Shown here: positions 1 through 13,219 of the stretch, in pieces
Position numbering within the stretch: the first letter of the stretch is position 1
Layout: each line of letters opens with the position of its first letter
Source of the DNA: Eledone cirrhosa
Lineage: Eukaryota
Direction: 5' to 3'
DNA length: 64,000 nt
Assembly: GCA_964016885.1 (NCBI GenBank)
Contig: OZ024743.1
Coordinates: forward strand, 23,560,001 to 23,624,000
Position numbers and translations under genes: made by a program
The notes under the pieces: generated by a model
What the model was told of the DNA's origin: nothing
Database searches by the model: none
What the model saw: the letters and a program-made list of their open reading frames with translations, nothing else

Positions 1-1055
1 ATATATATATATATAAATGAAAAATGGCGAGCTGTGTTGTTGCAAATAGGATATATATAAAAATGAAGAATTAGAAATAGAAGCCAGGACTATCCGTCAT
101 CAGTGGTCTACTAGCCATCATAGGTATTTCTTCGTATTACAGACCATATACCTCCAGCTAGGGAAATGCAATAACTAAAATAAGTTATTGGGATAAAAAG
201 AGTTGGGTGGAGAAAGAGAGACAGGTAAACAAACACGAATGGTGAGGCAACGTAAAGAGAGAAAAAAAGGGGAAAATCAAGTCAATAATTCATTTTGAAC
301 ATAAGAACTTGCGAATATTGACGAGAAGACGAAAGACACATCTTGGCCGTGCGGATGTGAGCGAGGACAGAATTTCGTACGGTGTGGGACGATGGAGGAA
401 GGGAGAGAGAGGGTGAGTAGCAGAGAGTGAGTGAATGAAAGTGTGAGGACGAGGCTAGCCGAGAGAGGGTGACTAGCAGAGGGGGTGAGTGAAAGTAAGG
501 GGGAGAAGGAGAGAGACGGGGGAGAGAGAAAGAGGATAGCAGTAAGGGAAGAGAAAAACACAGGTCACAGCGAAGGGGAAAGCATATAGGAATGAAAAAT
601 GACAACAACAACAAAATGAACAAACAAGAGGATACAATACCATAAAGTGTATTAATTTCACGTTTGGAGGAAGAAGAGTGAGTTACATATACGACCGTAC
701 ATTAACTAAGCATGTAGCTTACGGCGTTAGTTTGTTCGGGTTTATCGGTTCAGTTTAAAGAGCCTATGGTTTATTTCGGATGATGGTTATAGGTTGGGTA
801 AGCTCAGAGTGTGTAGAGCATAGCCAATTACACAATTCGTTCGTAGTGGCTGCAACATTCTCATATCAGTGACTGGCATGGGTCGGTGCTTGGTTTACCG
901 GAAGGTGGGGACATAGAAGAACGTACATGATTTAGCTCATACTTGAACGGTGTGGTTTGGGTGTCTAAAGTTGAGTGTGGAAGTATGGTTGCTTTACTTC
1001 AGCTTGGATTGTTAGTAACTTTGATTTAATCAAGATACATTTACGTTCGATTTAA

Positions 1056-1059
<4 letters not shown>

Positions 1060-1134
<75 letters not shown>
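1060..1134. repeat. (TA)n microsatellite
   Basis: Pure TA dinucleotide run. Similar runs recur throughout the window (e.g. 3882-3937, 23420-23452, 40342-40385, 40768-40870, 57650-57737). Confidence 0.97.
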
Positions 1135-1137
<3 letters not shown>

Positions 1138-2651
1138 CAAATTTACAGATAAATGTAAATATAGAGAGAGAAAGAACCATATATCTTATGAGAACACACA
1201 GTATTTTGTAACCATGCAAAGTACATATATCAAGGAAGACTATATACTTTAGACTGAAAAAGTTCTTATTCCTTATAACGCTATTTCATGATTTGAAGAA
1301 CCATAACTCAAAATAGATAGATCATCGATCATCAACTATCGATTTTGGTTAGGTTATGGGAGTCGCGAATCAATCATCAGAGGAATTCGTCAATTATATA
1401 AATTAAAATAAATATAGTTGGAATATAGTATATAATACAAAATATCTGTCTATATCTACTAGGATCCAACGATCAGTCTCCATGCGAAAAGCAGCATTGT
1501 GTAACAACGTTTAACCCATGGCTACAGATACAAACAAAACTAGACGTCATTTCCGCTAGAAAGAGGTACGAAAATTTTAGTCACAGCAGCTTGACAAATA
1601 TAGGATTTGGAGCTGTCAGATACAAATTTAAGGTATCAAAATATATCAATTATGTTTGATATTTGTGCTTATGCATACATCATATTTTCTTTCTCTGGCT
1701 GCCTAGTCTTTGTTATCTAGTATGAGACATGTAGTATGAGCGGTGAGTGGAAGTGACAAGAGATGTAGAGTCACAGTCTGGCCATGTATTTTTTCAAGCA
1801 CCATTCAAAGTTGAGGGTTTCACTTCATCTTATAACTCGACTATATTATCCACAGAGTATATAATATTGATGTTTTTAACTATAGATTTATCCATACCGT
1901 TAATTACATTGATACTTTGCTTCAAAGTTTTTCTCAGATAATATCAGTTAGCTATCACACTTTTATCCAAATGACCGCTGCTGATATATTCAACTCTCAC
2001 ATTATAGAAAAGCTCGTTTAAGTCCACTGGGTGGCTTCGTGTATTGTCTAAAAGGAGCTCTTTTGGAAATATTACATTTGGTACTGTACCTTATCATCAT
2101 CATCTCATCATCGTCAGTGATGCATGTGATATCCGAACCGTTGATTTAAAGTTTAAGCAAAGAATCGCTGCTTTCACCTTTAACGGGATCTTCTACCTAA
2201 AAGTAGTATGAAGTACACTAAGACTAACTGATGTAATTGTTGGTCTTGTTTGTTTATATATTTTTTGTGTATGCAAAAATATCTGTCAGTGATGCATGTG
2301 ATTATGTAATCGCCGGCCTTGTTTGTTTATATATTTGTTTTTGTGTATGCAAAAATATATATATTAAAATAACATATTAAAGAATCGCCGCTTTCAACCT
2401 TAAGGGGATCTTCTGAAACTAAAAAAAATCAATCTGTGAACCCAGATGTAAATATTTCGAAAAACGTTGCAACCGAAGGAAAACGGGAAGACGATACTTT
2501 GGTTTGTGAAGACGTTCCCTGGCATAAGAATATATATACACACACACTATATATACATGTGTACACACACACACTGATCGCGTCATAATGACGTAATGCA
2601 GACAGTCAGGCATACAGAGAGATATTATAAAGGCACGCCGTTATATCTATG

Positions 2652-2883
2652 TATCTATCTAAAAAGAGAAAGACTAAGAATTATAGACAGAGATCGCTAA
2701 ATCGCCTAATCCAGTGCCTAGGGCATTGAAAATTTGAACATCTTTTTTGCTCAAAACACGCACGGGACCATAAGTATTACATGTGTAAAGTTTGAAAATA
2801 CTCGGTTGGGAGGTTCTCGAGTTTTAGTGATTGGACAGACATACAGACAGACAGACATACATTCTCTGTTTTAGTAATATAGA
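2652..2883 (-). mobile_element. Helitron/Helentron (HINE/Lep1-like) non-autonomous element, 5' part
   Basis: Minus strand reads A|TCTATATTACTAAAACAGAGAATGTATGTCTGTCTGTCTG..., i.e. a 5' TC terminus followed by a (CTGT)n tract, then 'ttttcaaactttacaca'. This is typical of HINE/Lep1-type elements. No clear CTRR 3' end was found. Confidence 0.55.
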
Positions 2884-3325
2884 TTAGTAATAGTTGGCAA
2901 GGTGCGGGTTCCCGGCTTTGTTCTAGAATCAAGAGTGTCAACGTTCTCAAGACACTTGAGCCTTGGGTATAATATAGGTTTTAGTATTGATTAGTAATGG
3001 TTGTCAAGGTGGGGGTTCCCGGCTTTGTTCTAGAATCAAGAGTGTCAACGTTCTCAAGACACTTGAGCCTTGGGTATAATATAGGTTTTAGTATTGATTA
3101 GTAATGGTTGTCAAGGTGGGGGTTCCCGGCTTTGTTCTAGAATCAAGACTGTCAACATTCTTCACTTGAGCTGTGGTTATAATATAGGTTTTAGTGATGA
3201 TTAGTGATGGTTGTCAAGGTGGGGGGTTCCCGGCTTTGTTCTAGAATCAAGAGTATCAACATTCTCAAGACACTTGAGCCTTGGTTATAATATAGGTTTT
3301 AGTAATGATTAGTAATGGTTGTCAA
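2884..3325. repeat. Tandem repeat, ~107-bp unit, ~4 copies
   Basis: ttg(g/t)caagg recurs at 2894, 3001, 3108, 3211 and 3319. The unit contains the palindromes TTCTAGAA and CTCAAG-ACA-CTTGAG. Confidence 0.95.
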
Positions 3326-3744
3326 AAGGGGAGTGGCATGACTGGGGATGTTATATTGAAGCTTTAAATATTAGTTTAGCTAACAGTTTTGTTGGCTTTG
3401 ATGGTAGTGTATTCAAAGGAAAGCTAGATTGTCTTATAATTTACTGTACAATAGAGATATCGATATCCAACTATCGATAAAATTGATTTATCTCTCAAGT
3501 AAACTCTCACTTTGTCCATTACTCTTTCTATCTCTCAAACACAGATGTCCCATATACATTTGTGTGTGTTTAGGTACATATACATTCACACTATATATAT
3601 ATATATATGTGTGTATGCGTGTGTGTGTGTGTGTGTGTGTACATATGTGTGTTAGGTAATTCCGAAGAAAAGGCAAAGGAAAAAAGAGTGCTCTATGTAT
3701 AGAACAAAGTTATTTAATTAGAAAGAGAACACAATATATAACTA

Positions 3745-3812
3745 CTCCATTACCAAATGTTTCAGGACCCTAAACAATATTAATATACGTCTGGATCGTT
3801 CATCAAACAGAG
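3745..3812 (-). ncRNA. Degenerate type-I hammerhead ribozyme motif (C3U)
   Basis: Minus strand: CUCUGU-UUGAUGA-stem II-GAAAC-auuug-GUA-AUGGAG. Stem I pairs, but core C3 is changed to U. Confidence 0.45.
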
Positions 3813-3857
3813 ATGTTATGTATAGAAAATATGAAATAATATTTTCTATTCATAACA

Positions 3858-3938
<81 letters not shown>

Positions 3939-5092
3939 GCTTAAATTTGGTGGTTTACCACTGGCTACTGCAATGTTAATCATGACATAATACGAGAAAA
4001 GCGCTCGACGTTATACAACTCATCCATCTTTGATGTTGAATCATGTTGGTGGTGCGGGAACGGAGTAAATCTATATATATAAAGGGAAGATGGACATTGT
4101 TTAGTGTACCGAACTTGCATGCTACACCGTTCATCCAATTTTCATGAAACCTCACACATATATAAAACTCAACGCGTAGAGTGGAATAGGCTACTTGAAA
4201 TTTTCGAAAAATCGATAATCGGGCCCTATGACAGAATGTTTTTCGATTCCAATGAAATTTTATGTGAATTCGAACACAAGAACTCTTAGTTTACATCTGG
4301 CGCAATAAAAATAAATTTCATATGCCCATATAAGGACGTGCGTTTCAGTAAACTACCGACCATTAAAGAGTTTATCTTTTCATATTCCACCTTATTCAAG
4401 TGGAAATACAGTATTATCCCTATCTGAAAAGGGAACCAAATTTAATGGTGTCTTTTGTGAACCTAAAAGCTGTGAGTAAATTTTCAAACAGTCTTAAATA
4501 ATCCTGCTTTTTGAAAAAAAAATTACTAAATAATACGTTGACCAAGTTGTGTTGTACACATACAATACAAGTAAAAAAATTTACGTCGTACCAATGTTTT
4601 CCTTTTTTAAACAAAAGATTCTAAAAAATTACTTAATTTATAATACAGTCTTTTGCACAGGAAGTGAGTAACGTTTCGGGTGTTTAAACGTAAGTTCACC
4701 AGGGTTTGTGTCTTCATTATTAGCCCACCTCTAATGGCATTTTTTGTTCTGCTTACGACTAAATGTTATGAGCGTATTTGCAATTAATTGCGCACACGTG
4801 CACACCTGCATGCAGATATCACTGACAGCCAATAAAAAATCGATAACTTGCTTATTAAGATATCGGTCAAAAAGAGAGATTGAATGTACTTTAGAACATT
4901 TTTTGAATATATTGTTCTTTTTGGCATGATATGTCAGAAATATAGCTACTATACACTTTGGTTATTTTTTGTAACTAAAAAACGGTTCCTTTTGGGTGGA
5001 TACTTAACGAGAAAAATCCTAGGGTTTTGGACAAGTTTGTTTCAGGCGCCTATTTTGTCACACCTTGGTCATGAATTCGTATTCTTTTCCAA

Positions 5093-5350
5093 TAGATATT
5101 TTCCGCTCTATAAGGCTCACCAGGATATAAGGCGTATCATTTAAAATCACGTCCGCGCAACGGTGTGTAAGGCCAACCAGAAAATGCTATCTTCTTTACT
5201 TTTAGTCTAGATCTATTACTTCTGTTAGAGCCGTGATTGATTACCATTGTATTATTTATACATAAGGCTCACCGGAGTATAAAGCGCAGAGCTGTTTTTT
5301 TATTAAATTTAATTATTTTAAGTGCGATTTATAGACGGGAAAATTCGGTA
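5093..5350. mobile_element. Tc1/mariner-pogo type MITE nested in the Helitron
   Basis: Imperfect TIRs tagatattttccgctctataa / ttatagacgggaaaattcggta with TA ends. Internal repeated 'taaggctcacc(a/g)ga-tataa' motifs. Confidence 0.6.
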
Positions 5351-5472
5351 AGTTATTGTAATCATATTTCCAAACCTTCCCATTCACCAGTAACCATGCT
5401 AACGAATCTGGTGTCATCTCTCTCTGTATTTAATCACCTCTCTCTAACCTAACAGCTTCGTTACACGTCGTT

Positions 5473-5960
5473 ATGCCCACACGGAAACGTTCAAGACTTA
5501 CCTCCAAAAAAGGTACAGCTATTGCTTTGAGACAACGAATTAGGCGTTCTCAGGTATGAGTTCATTCACAATTGATTAATCTTTATGCAATATTCTCCCT
5601 TAATGTTAGCAAGTACTGCGTTTATCCTAACTGTCACCACTTTTAAGCAACTACAACATTCTAATCGTAGTTATATTAAATTTATTGTCTTACCTTGATT
5701 CCCTTTTGTTCATGTTAGACTTTTCTCATTTACTATTGACACTGCCATTGGCTTAGCTAACCAGTAGAATTAATTAATTTTCTCTGGGAAACACCTGCTG
5801 AGCGCGAATCTCGACTCGCTGATAGACGTCTTTCCCGGCTGGTTGAGTCACCAACATCACGTACGACAAGGCTTGCTGATGTTCGCCTTCGTCGCCAACA
5901 AGCGCTGACGGAGGAATCACCAACATCCCGTCAGACGAGGCTTGAGGCTGTGGCAAAGGG
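5473..5960 (+). pseudogene. Helitron RepHel N-terminal remnant with STPR-like repeats, two exons
   Basis: Exon 1 (5473-5553) MPTRKRSRLTSKKGTAIALRQRIRRSQ, then donor GTATGAG. Exon 2 from 5788: ETPAERESRLADRRLSRLVESPTSRTTRLADVRLRRQQALTEESPTSRQTRLEAV, with E[TS]PxxRxxRL repeats. The acceptor reads GG instead of AG. Confidence 0.65.
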
Positions 5961-6543
5961 CAATAACCCTAGATACAATTTTGATCAACTTTTTTTCACC
6001 TATAGCAAATTTACCGGGACAGGTTTTTAGCTACTCAAATCTACTTCAGAGATCACGCACTGATGTAAAAAATCAATAAAACTGAAGCGGGGCTCGACTT
6101 TGCGCAAAAAAACAAGGCAAAGTTACACATGGGAAAACTTTTTACAGGAACGTCCTATATTCTTGAAAACTGTCACAAAAGACTCGCCATTATGCCGCGG
6201 TTAAGATAAAGGCCCTTTTAATTATTCTTCTGCACATGTGAGCGCAAAAATTGTAAAAAAAAAAACTCTGAAAGTAATCGACATTTTCACCCTGCTTTAA
6301 ATTAACTGAACATTCAATATCAAGCGATTTTGACTTCCGTCAGTCGGGCAGAGAACAATTTCAACGATACACTGTGTAACTACAATTAATAAATTACACA
6401 CCTGTGTCTACTAACCTATTTTTTTCCATTGAAGTTCGAAGTTTTGAACCTGTGATGCGCGGGAAGTAACTTTCACACATTCTAACAGACCAAAGGTCGA
6501 CTTACACCCGGGCAACGCCGGGTACTTCTGCTAGTGTATTATA

Positions 6544-6753
6544 AAGTGAAATGACAGGAGGCTAAATATGTTGAATTTTTACAAATACTATGCACATTTC
6601 GGTGACCAGGCTGCTTGTTTCCTCAAGGTCTACCACCATTCCTTTGGTATACATCTATTACACAATTTACACCTGGTCACTGAAATATGCAAAGTGTTTG
6701 CAGAAATAAAAACTAAGGAAATTCAACATATTTGGCCTCCTGTCATTTCACTT
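6544..6753. repeat. Inverted repeat, ~35-bp arms
   Basis: aagtgaaatgacaggaggctaaatatgttgaattt (6544-6578) pairs with aaattcaacatatttggcctcctgtcatttcactt (6719-6753). Confidence 0.9.
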
Positions 6754-6854
6754 AGAGGACTAACACACACTCTGGATCTGAACATATCAACGAATTAACA
6801 AGGTAAAATCTATTCCAACATTATGTTTTACTGTTTTTTTCTGTTCAAGTTCTA

Positions 6855-6913
6855 GCTGTCTGATGAGGTCATAGCTGTTGAATAATGGTTATCACCGAAA
6901 TATATATAGCAGC
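6855..6913 (+). ncRNA. Minimal type-I hammerhead ribozyme
   Basis: GCUGU-CUGAUGA-[GGUCAUAGCUGUU..AAUGGUUAUCACC stem II]-GAAA-UAUAUA-UA-GCAGC. Intact core, AUA cleavage triplet, palindromic stem III, and AATAAA just downstream. Confidence 0.75.
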
Positions 6914-7064
6914 GAATATGAATAAACGAAGTTAATTTTAACCTGTTGACTTACACTTCTTGTTTTTACATTACTCCGGAGTAAACAGACCTACCTGCGC
7001 ACTTCGTTGAGTGCTCTAACCTACATACTGAAGTATCGGCAAACAACCAACGCATACTCAAAGT

Positions 7065-7192
<128 letters not shown>

Positions 7193-7371
7193 TCTTTCAT
7201 CTCCACTTTCATTAATCAGTATTTAATTGGCTAAATGAACAGATAGTAGTGTTTATGGAGCAAACTATCTGCTTTATTTCATCAGTTGTATTGTTGTCTT
7301 GAATAAAAGCATTAAAAGACAAACAAAACTTCTATGCATGCTTGAACTTGTGAAATTACGTATGCTCTCCC

Positions 7372-7409
<38 letters not shown>

Positions 7410-8000
7410 TCTCTCTCTCTCTCCCTCTCTCTCTCCCTCTCTCTCTCCCTCTCTCTCTCTTTTTCTCTCTTTCTCTCTTGGTATGGCTGAAAAGCAAGTG
7501 AATGTTTTGTTTGGGAAAGCAATAATCAATTTATTATCGAATTTTAGAAGTTTATACAGATGTTATTCAGATCCAAACAAGGCGTGTTTCTACATGGTCA
7601 TTCGACTTGGTAGAAATAGTAGCCTGTTAAATATCCATGAAGTCACAATGTACAATCTTAAAAGTAAAAAGAAGTTCATACATGCAAAATAAAACTTATT
7701 TTTAAAAAGAATTGTTCGATGGTTGATGAACTTGAACTGAACAAAAACAACAAGAACTTATTAGCTCTGTAATGGCATTGCATAACAACTTCTTACTACG
7801 TGGTCACGTGGCACCTTAAACATACAGAAATAATTTTGATCTAAGATACAGTCGCCAAAGTGAACTTTAGCACGTGATGGCTTCACGTGTCCTTATTAAT
7901 AAAAGAAAAATTGACTTGCTGCCAAAATACAAATGAATTCTGAGAATAGCTAATTTGGAGGCAAGAAGATAATTTTGAATGGAGAGCTGCAGTCTATAGC

Positions 8001-8194
8001 CAGACCTGCCAACCTCTAAAACCCCAAACAGGAAGTACCATGAAAAAAGTGCCCCAAAACAGGAAGGAATGAGGCAAAAGGGGGAGATTTTACATAATCA
8101 AAGCTATACCTTTTTTCACAAGAGAAGATATCTCCCATCCACATTGGGGTGGTTGCGAGATCTCCCCGTCGGACGGGGAGAGTTGACAGGTCTG
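8001..8194. mobile_element. MITE (hAT-like CAG termini)
   Basis: TIR cagacctgccaac / gttgacaggtctg, with subterminal hairpin ctccccgtc-g-gacggggag. No clear TSD. Confidence 0.55.
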
Positions 8195-8429
8195 CATTAT
8201 ACAAGAACTTGACTCCAACTAATAGGAACTAAAGTTCATACACCATCCAATGATAATCTGCACCCAAATAATCAAACATGCCTTTTGCATCTCTAAAATT
8301 ATTAGTAATGCATCTATCTGTTTGTATCTGTTTATATCTGTTCGGAGGCAACAAGGACAATGCTAATATTTTGAATGTGGTATGGTGCGATTTAAGGAAG
8401 CTTTGGCTGCTATTTCTAACGGGAGAACC

Positions 8430-9860
8430 TACCATGTCGTCTGCAAATTCCAGCCGACTGATTTTACACCCACTAGTCATGATACCACTTCCAGCCCGGC
8501 TGCACATGTCAATCCTGTTCATGTAAATAATTGTTTCTACTTTTGGCACAAGGCCAGCAATTACCCAGTACATTACTGGTACTTTATTTTATCGACCCCG
8601 TAAGGATGAAAGGCAAAGTCAACCTCGGCGGGATTTGAACTCAGACCGTAAAGGGACGTAACTATGCTGGAAAGCATGGTGTCCGACTCTCTACCGATAC
8701 TGCCAATTCACCGCCCTCACCTGTTCATGTAAATAATGAACATGAGCGATGACAGTACGCACCCTTGGCGGAGTCCGACTCCCACATTGAATGGTTTCCA
8801 TTTAGCACCATTTATCGGAACACAAATATTTGGGCATTCATATAGAGACATCAGAGCAGCAAGAAGCTAACAACCTTTCACAACAGGTCCCGAGGAACGC
8901 GGATATATGCCTTTTCAAGGTCGACAAAACAAGAATATACGTTTTAGCAATACTACCACGATTTCTCGAAGACCTTCCACAGTGTGAATATTTGGTCGGC
9001 TGTGCTGCGACCGGGGCGAAAACCATTCTGTTAATCAGCTAGCTCGAACAATCTCCCTGCATCTCTTTTCCAGACACTTAACAAGTAGATCCCCTGCTTA
9101 ACAAGGAGATCATTCTGTAGTTGAAATAATTTCTCTTGTCTCCCTTTTTGAAAATTGGGATTATCATTCCTGATTGCCATTGCTTAGGTGCAGGCGACAT
9201 GGTGTTACTTAACTCAACAGAAGGTGATCTCCGACTTGAACTCGATAGGTTTGATGTCGAGCACTGCATGGCTGGAATGAAAGCCAGTGCTGCACAATGC
9301 ATCCTACATGTAAATAAAGTTCCACTGAAGCAGGTGGAGAAATTCAAGTATCTCGGGGCTGTGTTCACGAGTGATGGAAGGCAGGAGGTTTAATTGAGTG
9401 CAAGAATTACAGGAGCTGGTGCAGTAAAACCCCAGTTTCATCATTCTGTAATCAAAAGAAGGGAGGTAGGTGTAAAAGCCAAACTCGCCATTTTCAATTC
9501 GGTATTCGTGCCAACCCTTACTTTCGGTCAGGAATCTTGAGTAATGACAAAAAGAATACGATCGCGAATACAAGCGGTTTAAATGGGGTTTCTTCCGAAG
9601 GATCCGTGGAGTAACGTTACTCGATAGAGTACGTAGTTCGGGGATCAGAGAGTCATTCCAGATAGAGCCGCTACTTCTCCGAATTAAGAGATCACAGCAC
9701 GATACTATGGGCATGTGGTTAGAATGTCTCAGGAAAGAATCGCTGGACAGATTTTACGAGTAAAACCAGCCGGCAGGAGATCCAGAGGTAGACCCTGAGC
9801 AAGATGGTTGGATAACATCCTTGAGCTTGACTGATCTCGCTTGGGGATCCAACCAGATCA
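8430..9860 (+). mobile_element. RTE-clade (Expander/REX3-like) LINE fragment with inverted 5' segment
   Basis: Minus strand 9192->8430 encodes PKQWQSGMIIPIFKKGD...GLRQGCVLS...LEFADDMV. Plus strand 9190->9860 continues GDMVLL...EKFKYLG...GHVVRM...RGRP. Stops and frameshifts present. Confidence 0.85.
8532..8717 (-). mobile_element. tRNA-derived SINE (Nin/Deu-domain, octopus OR-like) with 18-bp TSD
   Basis: A box TGGCAGTATCGG, B box GTTCAAATCC, domain 'tttcatccttacggggtcgataaaataaagtacc'. TSD cctgttcatgtaaataat at 8514-8531 and 8720-8737. Inserted in the RT coding region. Confidence 0.9.
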
Positions 9861-10318
9861 GTATATACGCCTACATACTTATATACATACATATATGTGT
9901 GTGTGTGTGTACATATATATATGTATAATGCACATATACATATATATATATGCATACATGTAAATAGATACACACATGCACACACACGTGCCCACTTACA
10001 TGCATGTATACCCACTCATATTTACACATACATACACATATACATGCTCACACATACATTCTTATAAGTATTGGCACCCTTATACAGGTTTACACAATTA
10101 TAGATCCAGTGTAATTATAAACACTTATAAACATATACATATACATAGATACATCTGCACATGTACATACATATACATATAGATATAAATACCAACACAT
10201 ATACTCAGATATAAATACAAGTATACATACACCCACGTACATACATGCACACACACGAAAAATAAAAAAACGTACACATAGATAACATATATAGACACGA
10301 ACTATTATCTATGTGTCA

Positions 10319-10480
10319 AGGGCGGTGGATTGGCAGAATCGGTAGAGCGTCAGACACCATGCTTTGTAGCATAAAGTTATGGCCTTTGCGTTCCGAGGTT
10401 AGCTTTACCTTTCATCCTTATTGGGGGACTTATACTGAACGGTTATTGGTTATTGGCTTAAGATTACCCTCACCTGAGCT
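10319..10480 (+). mobile_element. SINE copy (same family, internally deleted)
   Basis: agggcggtggattggcagaatcggtagagcgtcagac... tttcatcctta. Confidence 0.75.
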
Positions 10481-10485
10481 ATATT

Positions 10486-11400
10486 TAGTTAGATAGATCT
10501 TGCTTGCAGTCTGACCTGGACACAATGCAACAATAGATCTCAGACTGGCAACTCAAGCTAGCTGTGGACAAGTGCACCACCATGCATTTTGGGAGTAAAA
10601 ACCCAGCGTCCACATATCCCTCCACAGCACTAATATCAAGAAGTCTTCTTGTAAACATGACCTGGACATTACGGTCAGCAGCGATTTGCGTTGGACGAAG
10701 CACGTCTCTAAAATTGTCAAGAGGGCTGAGGGTGTTTTAGCATCACTCAGCAAGACCATTGTCAGCCGCTCTCCAGCTATCTATTTAAGGCTGTACATGG
10801 CTATGGTGCGGCCACACTTAGAATTTGCGTCACCAGTCTGGAACCCCTATCTTGCTCAGAACATTGACCGCCTGGAAACTGTTCAGAGACGTGCACCCAA
10901 GCGAATACCCTCCATCAGGCATCTACCATACTCTGAACGCCTTGCTTCCCTGGGCATGGATACATTGAAGCTCCGACGCCTGGCAACTGACTTGGTAAAC
11001 ACCCACAAAATTGTTAACCATCTTGCCAACAACAACCCTGAATACCTTTTTGATTTCCATGTGTCTCACACGTGTGGACATACCCACAAAGTCAGAAAAC
11101 AGCACAGTTCCCATGACTTTCGGAAATATTTTTTCACGCTCAGAGTTGCTGAAGCATGGGACAAACTACCTGCATCAGTTGTTAGCTGTCGAGACACTGC
11201 ATCCTTTAAAACCTCCATGCTTCCTAAAATTCGCCAACACTATACCTAATGTTCCCCCTCCATACACATACACACATGTATATCATGACTCATACACTAT
11301 TCACTTCCATGACATTTGTATATTATTCTATGTACTATACATGCGCCTTTGACGAGTTGTAGCGCACCTGAGCACTTTACGCAATAATTTCATTATTATT
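10486..11400 (+). mobile_element. CR1-clade LINE 3' fragment
   Basis: ORF 10686-11249: LYMAMVRPHLEFASPVWNPY...LETVQRRA...RRLATDL...FFTLRVAEAWDKLP. 3' UTR ends in (ATT)n. Confidence 0.85.
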
Positions 11401-13191
11401 GTTCTTTGAGCCTCAGTCATTGATGTTATTTAACTGGAAAGTTTGTTGAAATGAATATCAAGCTGCTACCTGCAGCCTCAGATATTCAGGACGTATCGGA
11501 GGGTTCTTGCTGTTCCCAGCAAGCATGCCTTTTGAAGTGTTCCAAAAAGCGAGGCTGGACTAATCTTCTTTAACCATCCCTGGAAACTACGTGAGATAGT
11601 ACCTAGTGCGCCTATGACAATCGGGACCACTTTGACTTCATGGCAGTTCCAAATCCTTTTTACCTCCAACTTTAAGTCCTGGTATGGGTTAATTTTCTCC
11701 CTCTCCTTCTCTTGCACTCTCGTGTCGAATGGACAGGTCACATCCACAATCAGGCACGATCTTTTTTCCTTGTCCAAAACTACCAGGTCAGGTCTATTGT
11801 GTTCCAGTTTCTTATCCGTCTGTATCCTAAAATCCCACAGCACCTTCACCTGATCGTTTTCTATCACCGACTCTAGCTTATGCTCATACCACTTCTCAGA
11901 ATGTGATAAATTGTTTACTTTGCATAAGTGCCAGTAGATCACCCTGCCCATCACATCATGTCTCCAGCCTTTATAGTGAGTCTGGGCTAGGTGTTTACAC
12001 TCGGATACAATGTGAGCCACAGTCTCCTCTCTCTCTCCACAGATCCTGCACAGTGGGCTAGCCTCCTCCTTGTAAATATGGTGTTTCAGCCACTTCGTTT
12101 TGAGGACCTGCTCTTGCGCAGCCATTAGCATTCCTTCTGTAGCCTTTTTAAGGTCTCCTCTTTTCAACCAGTTCCATGTCTGTGGATCTCTGAATTCAGT
12201 TTTCTCAAAGAAGGTACTATGAAGGGATTTTTCATGAAGGTTGCTCTTTTTCCTTGTTGTTATTTCCTCCTTGGACATCCCCTGGTCTATTGTCCTCTCA
12301 TTCAGTACAATTCTGAGCATTGGATCCTTACTATCGGTCACGTATTTGTGTAGGTTGTTTTTCTCCATCTGAACACAGTCCTCTATGCTGATAAGACCTC
12401 TTCCACCTTCAGATCTCCTTAAGTAGAGTCTATCGACATCACTCCTCTTGTGGAACATGTTGTAGATAGTCAATAGCTTCCTAGTCTTCCTATCCATTTC
12501 TTTTTGTTCAGCAACATTCCATCTCAGAATTCCCGCACTGTACCTAATAATAGATACAGCTCGGGAATTTACTGCACTTATGGCATTCCTACTGTTCAGA
12601 TGTGACTTTAATATGCTCCTTACTCTCCGAATGTATTCAGATCTTATCAATTCATTCATTTTTATTGTTCTTGATGTCATCAGCCTCTAGAACACCCAAA
12701 TACTTGTATCCTTCTTCAGTGTCAATTTCCTTTATCATCTCACCTGTTGGTACCTGGATTTCGTTGCTTCTGCTCAATTTACCCCTCTTCATCACAAGGA
12801 CTCCACAGTTACTAATACCAAATTTCATACATATATCATTGCTAAAAATACGGACAGTGTCAACAAGCACAACCAACTCCTTCTCACTCTTCCCGAAGAG
12901 CTTAAGATCGTCCATGAAGAGGAGGTGATTGATGGTAAGCTCTCCCTTTCCCAACTTGTATCCTGCTCTCACTTTTCGCAGTATAATGGTCAGGGGCATC
13001 AGGGCAAGGACAAACAACAGAGGGGACAGACTATCTCCCTGGAAGATACCTCTCTTGATCTTCACGCCTCCCAAGGATTCTCCAACTGATGTTAACTCTG
13101 TTTTCCAGGACTTCATACTTTTGCTCAACAACTGTCTGATGTTATCTGCTACCCTGAAGATATCTAGGCTTTTGGTGATCCAAGAATGAGG
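11400..13191 (-). mobile_element. R4/Dong-type RLE non-LTR retrotransposon, 5' truncated (family A)
   Basis: RT (GIFQGDSLSPLLF, LFMDD), CCHC finger CRICGEREETVAHIVSEC, RHD, NRPDLVV..IVDV, GALG restriction-like endonuclease. Frameshift near 12660. Flanked by (TAA)n on both sides. Confidence 0.9.
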
Positions 13192-13219
13192 TTATTATTA
13201 TTATTATTATTATTATTAT

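Larger units (their letters stand above)
4070..6534 (+). mobile_element. Non-autonomous Helitron (complete termini)
   Basis: 5' A|TCTATATATATAAAG at 4070, 3' GC-rich hairpin ACCCGG-GCAACG-CCGGGT (6506-6523), then CTAG|T at 6531-6535. Inserted at an A|T site and contains a RepHel-type STPR remnant. Confidence 0.85.

Noticed and set aside
2147-2420. Hammerhead-like motif in a dispersed repeat (2150-2200, 2380-2420, 59780-59832; minus strand AGAAGA...GAAA)
   Set aside because: The core reads (C)AGAAGA rather than CUGAAGA in all copies, and stem I does not pair.
7800-7892. Cluster of three CACGTG E-boxes
   Set aside because: No gene context or conservation data; could be chance or transposon-derived.
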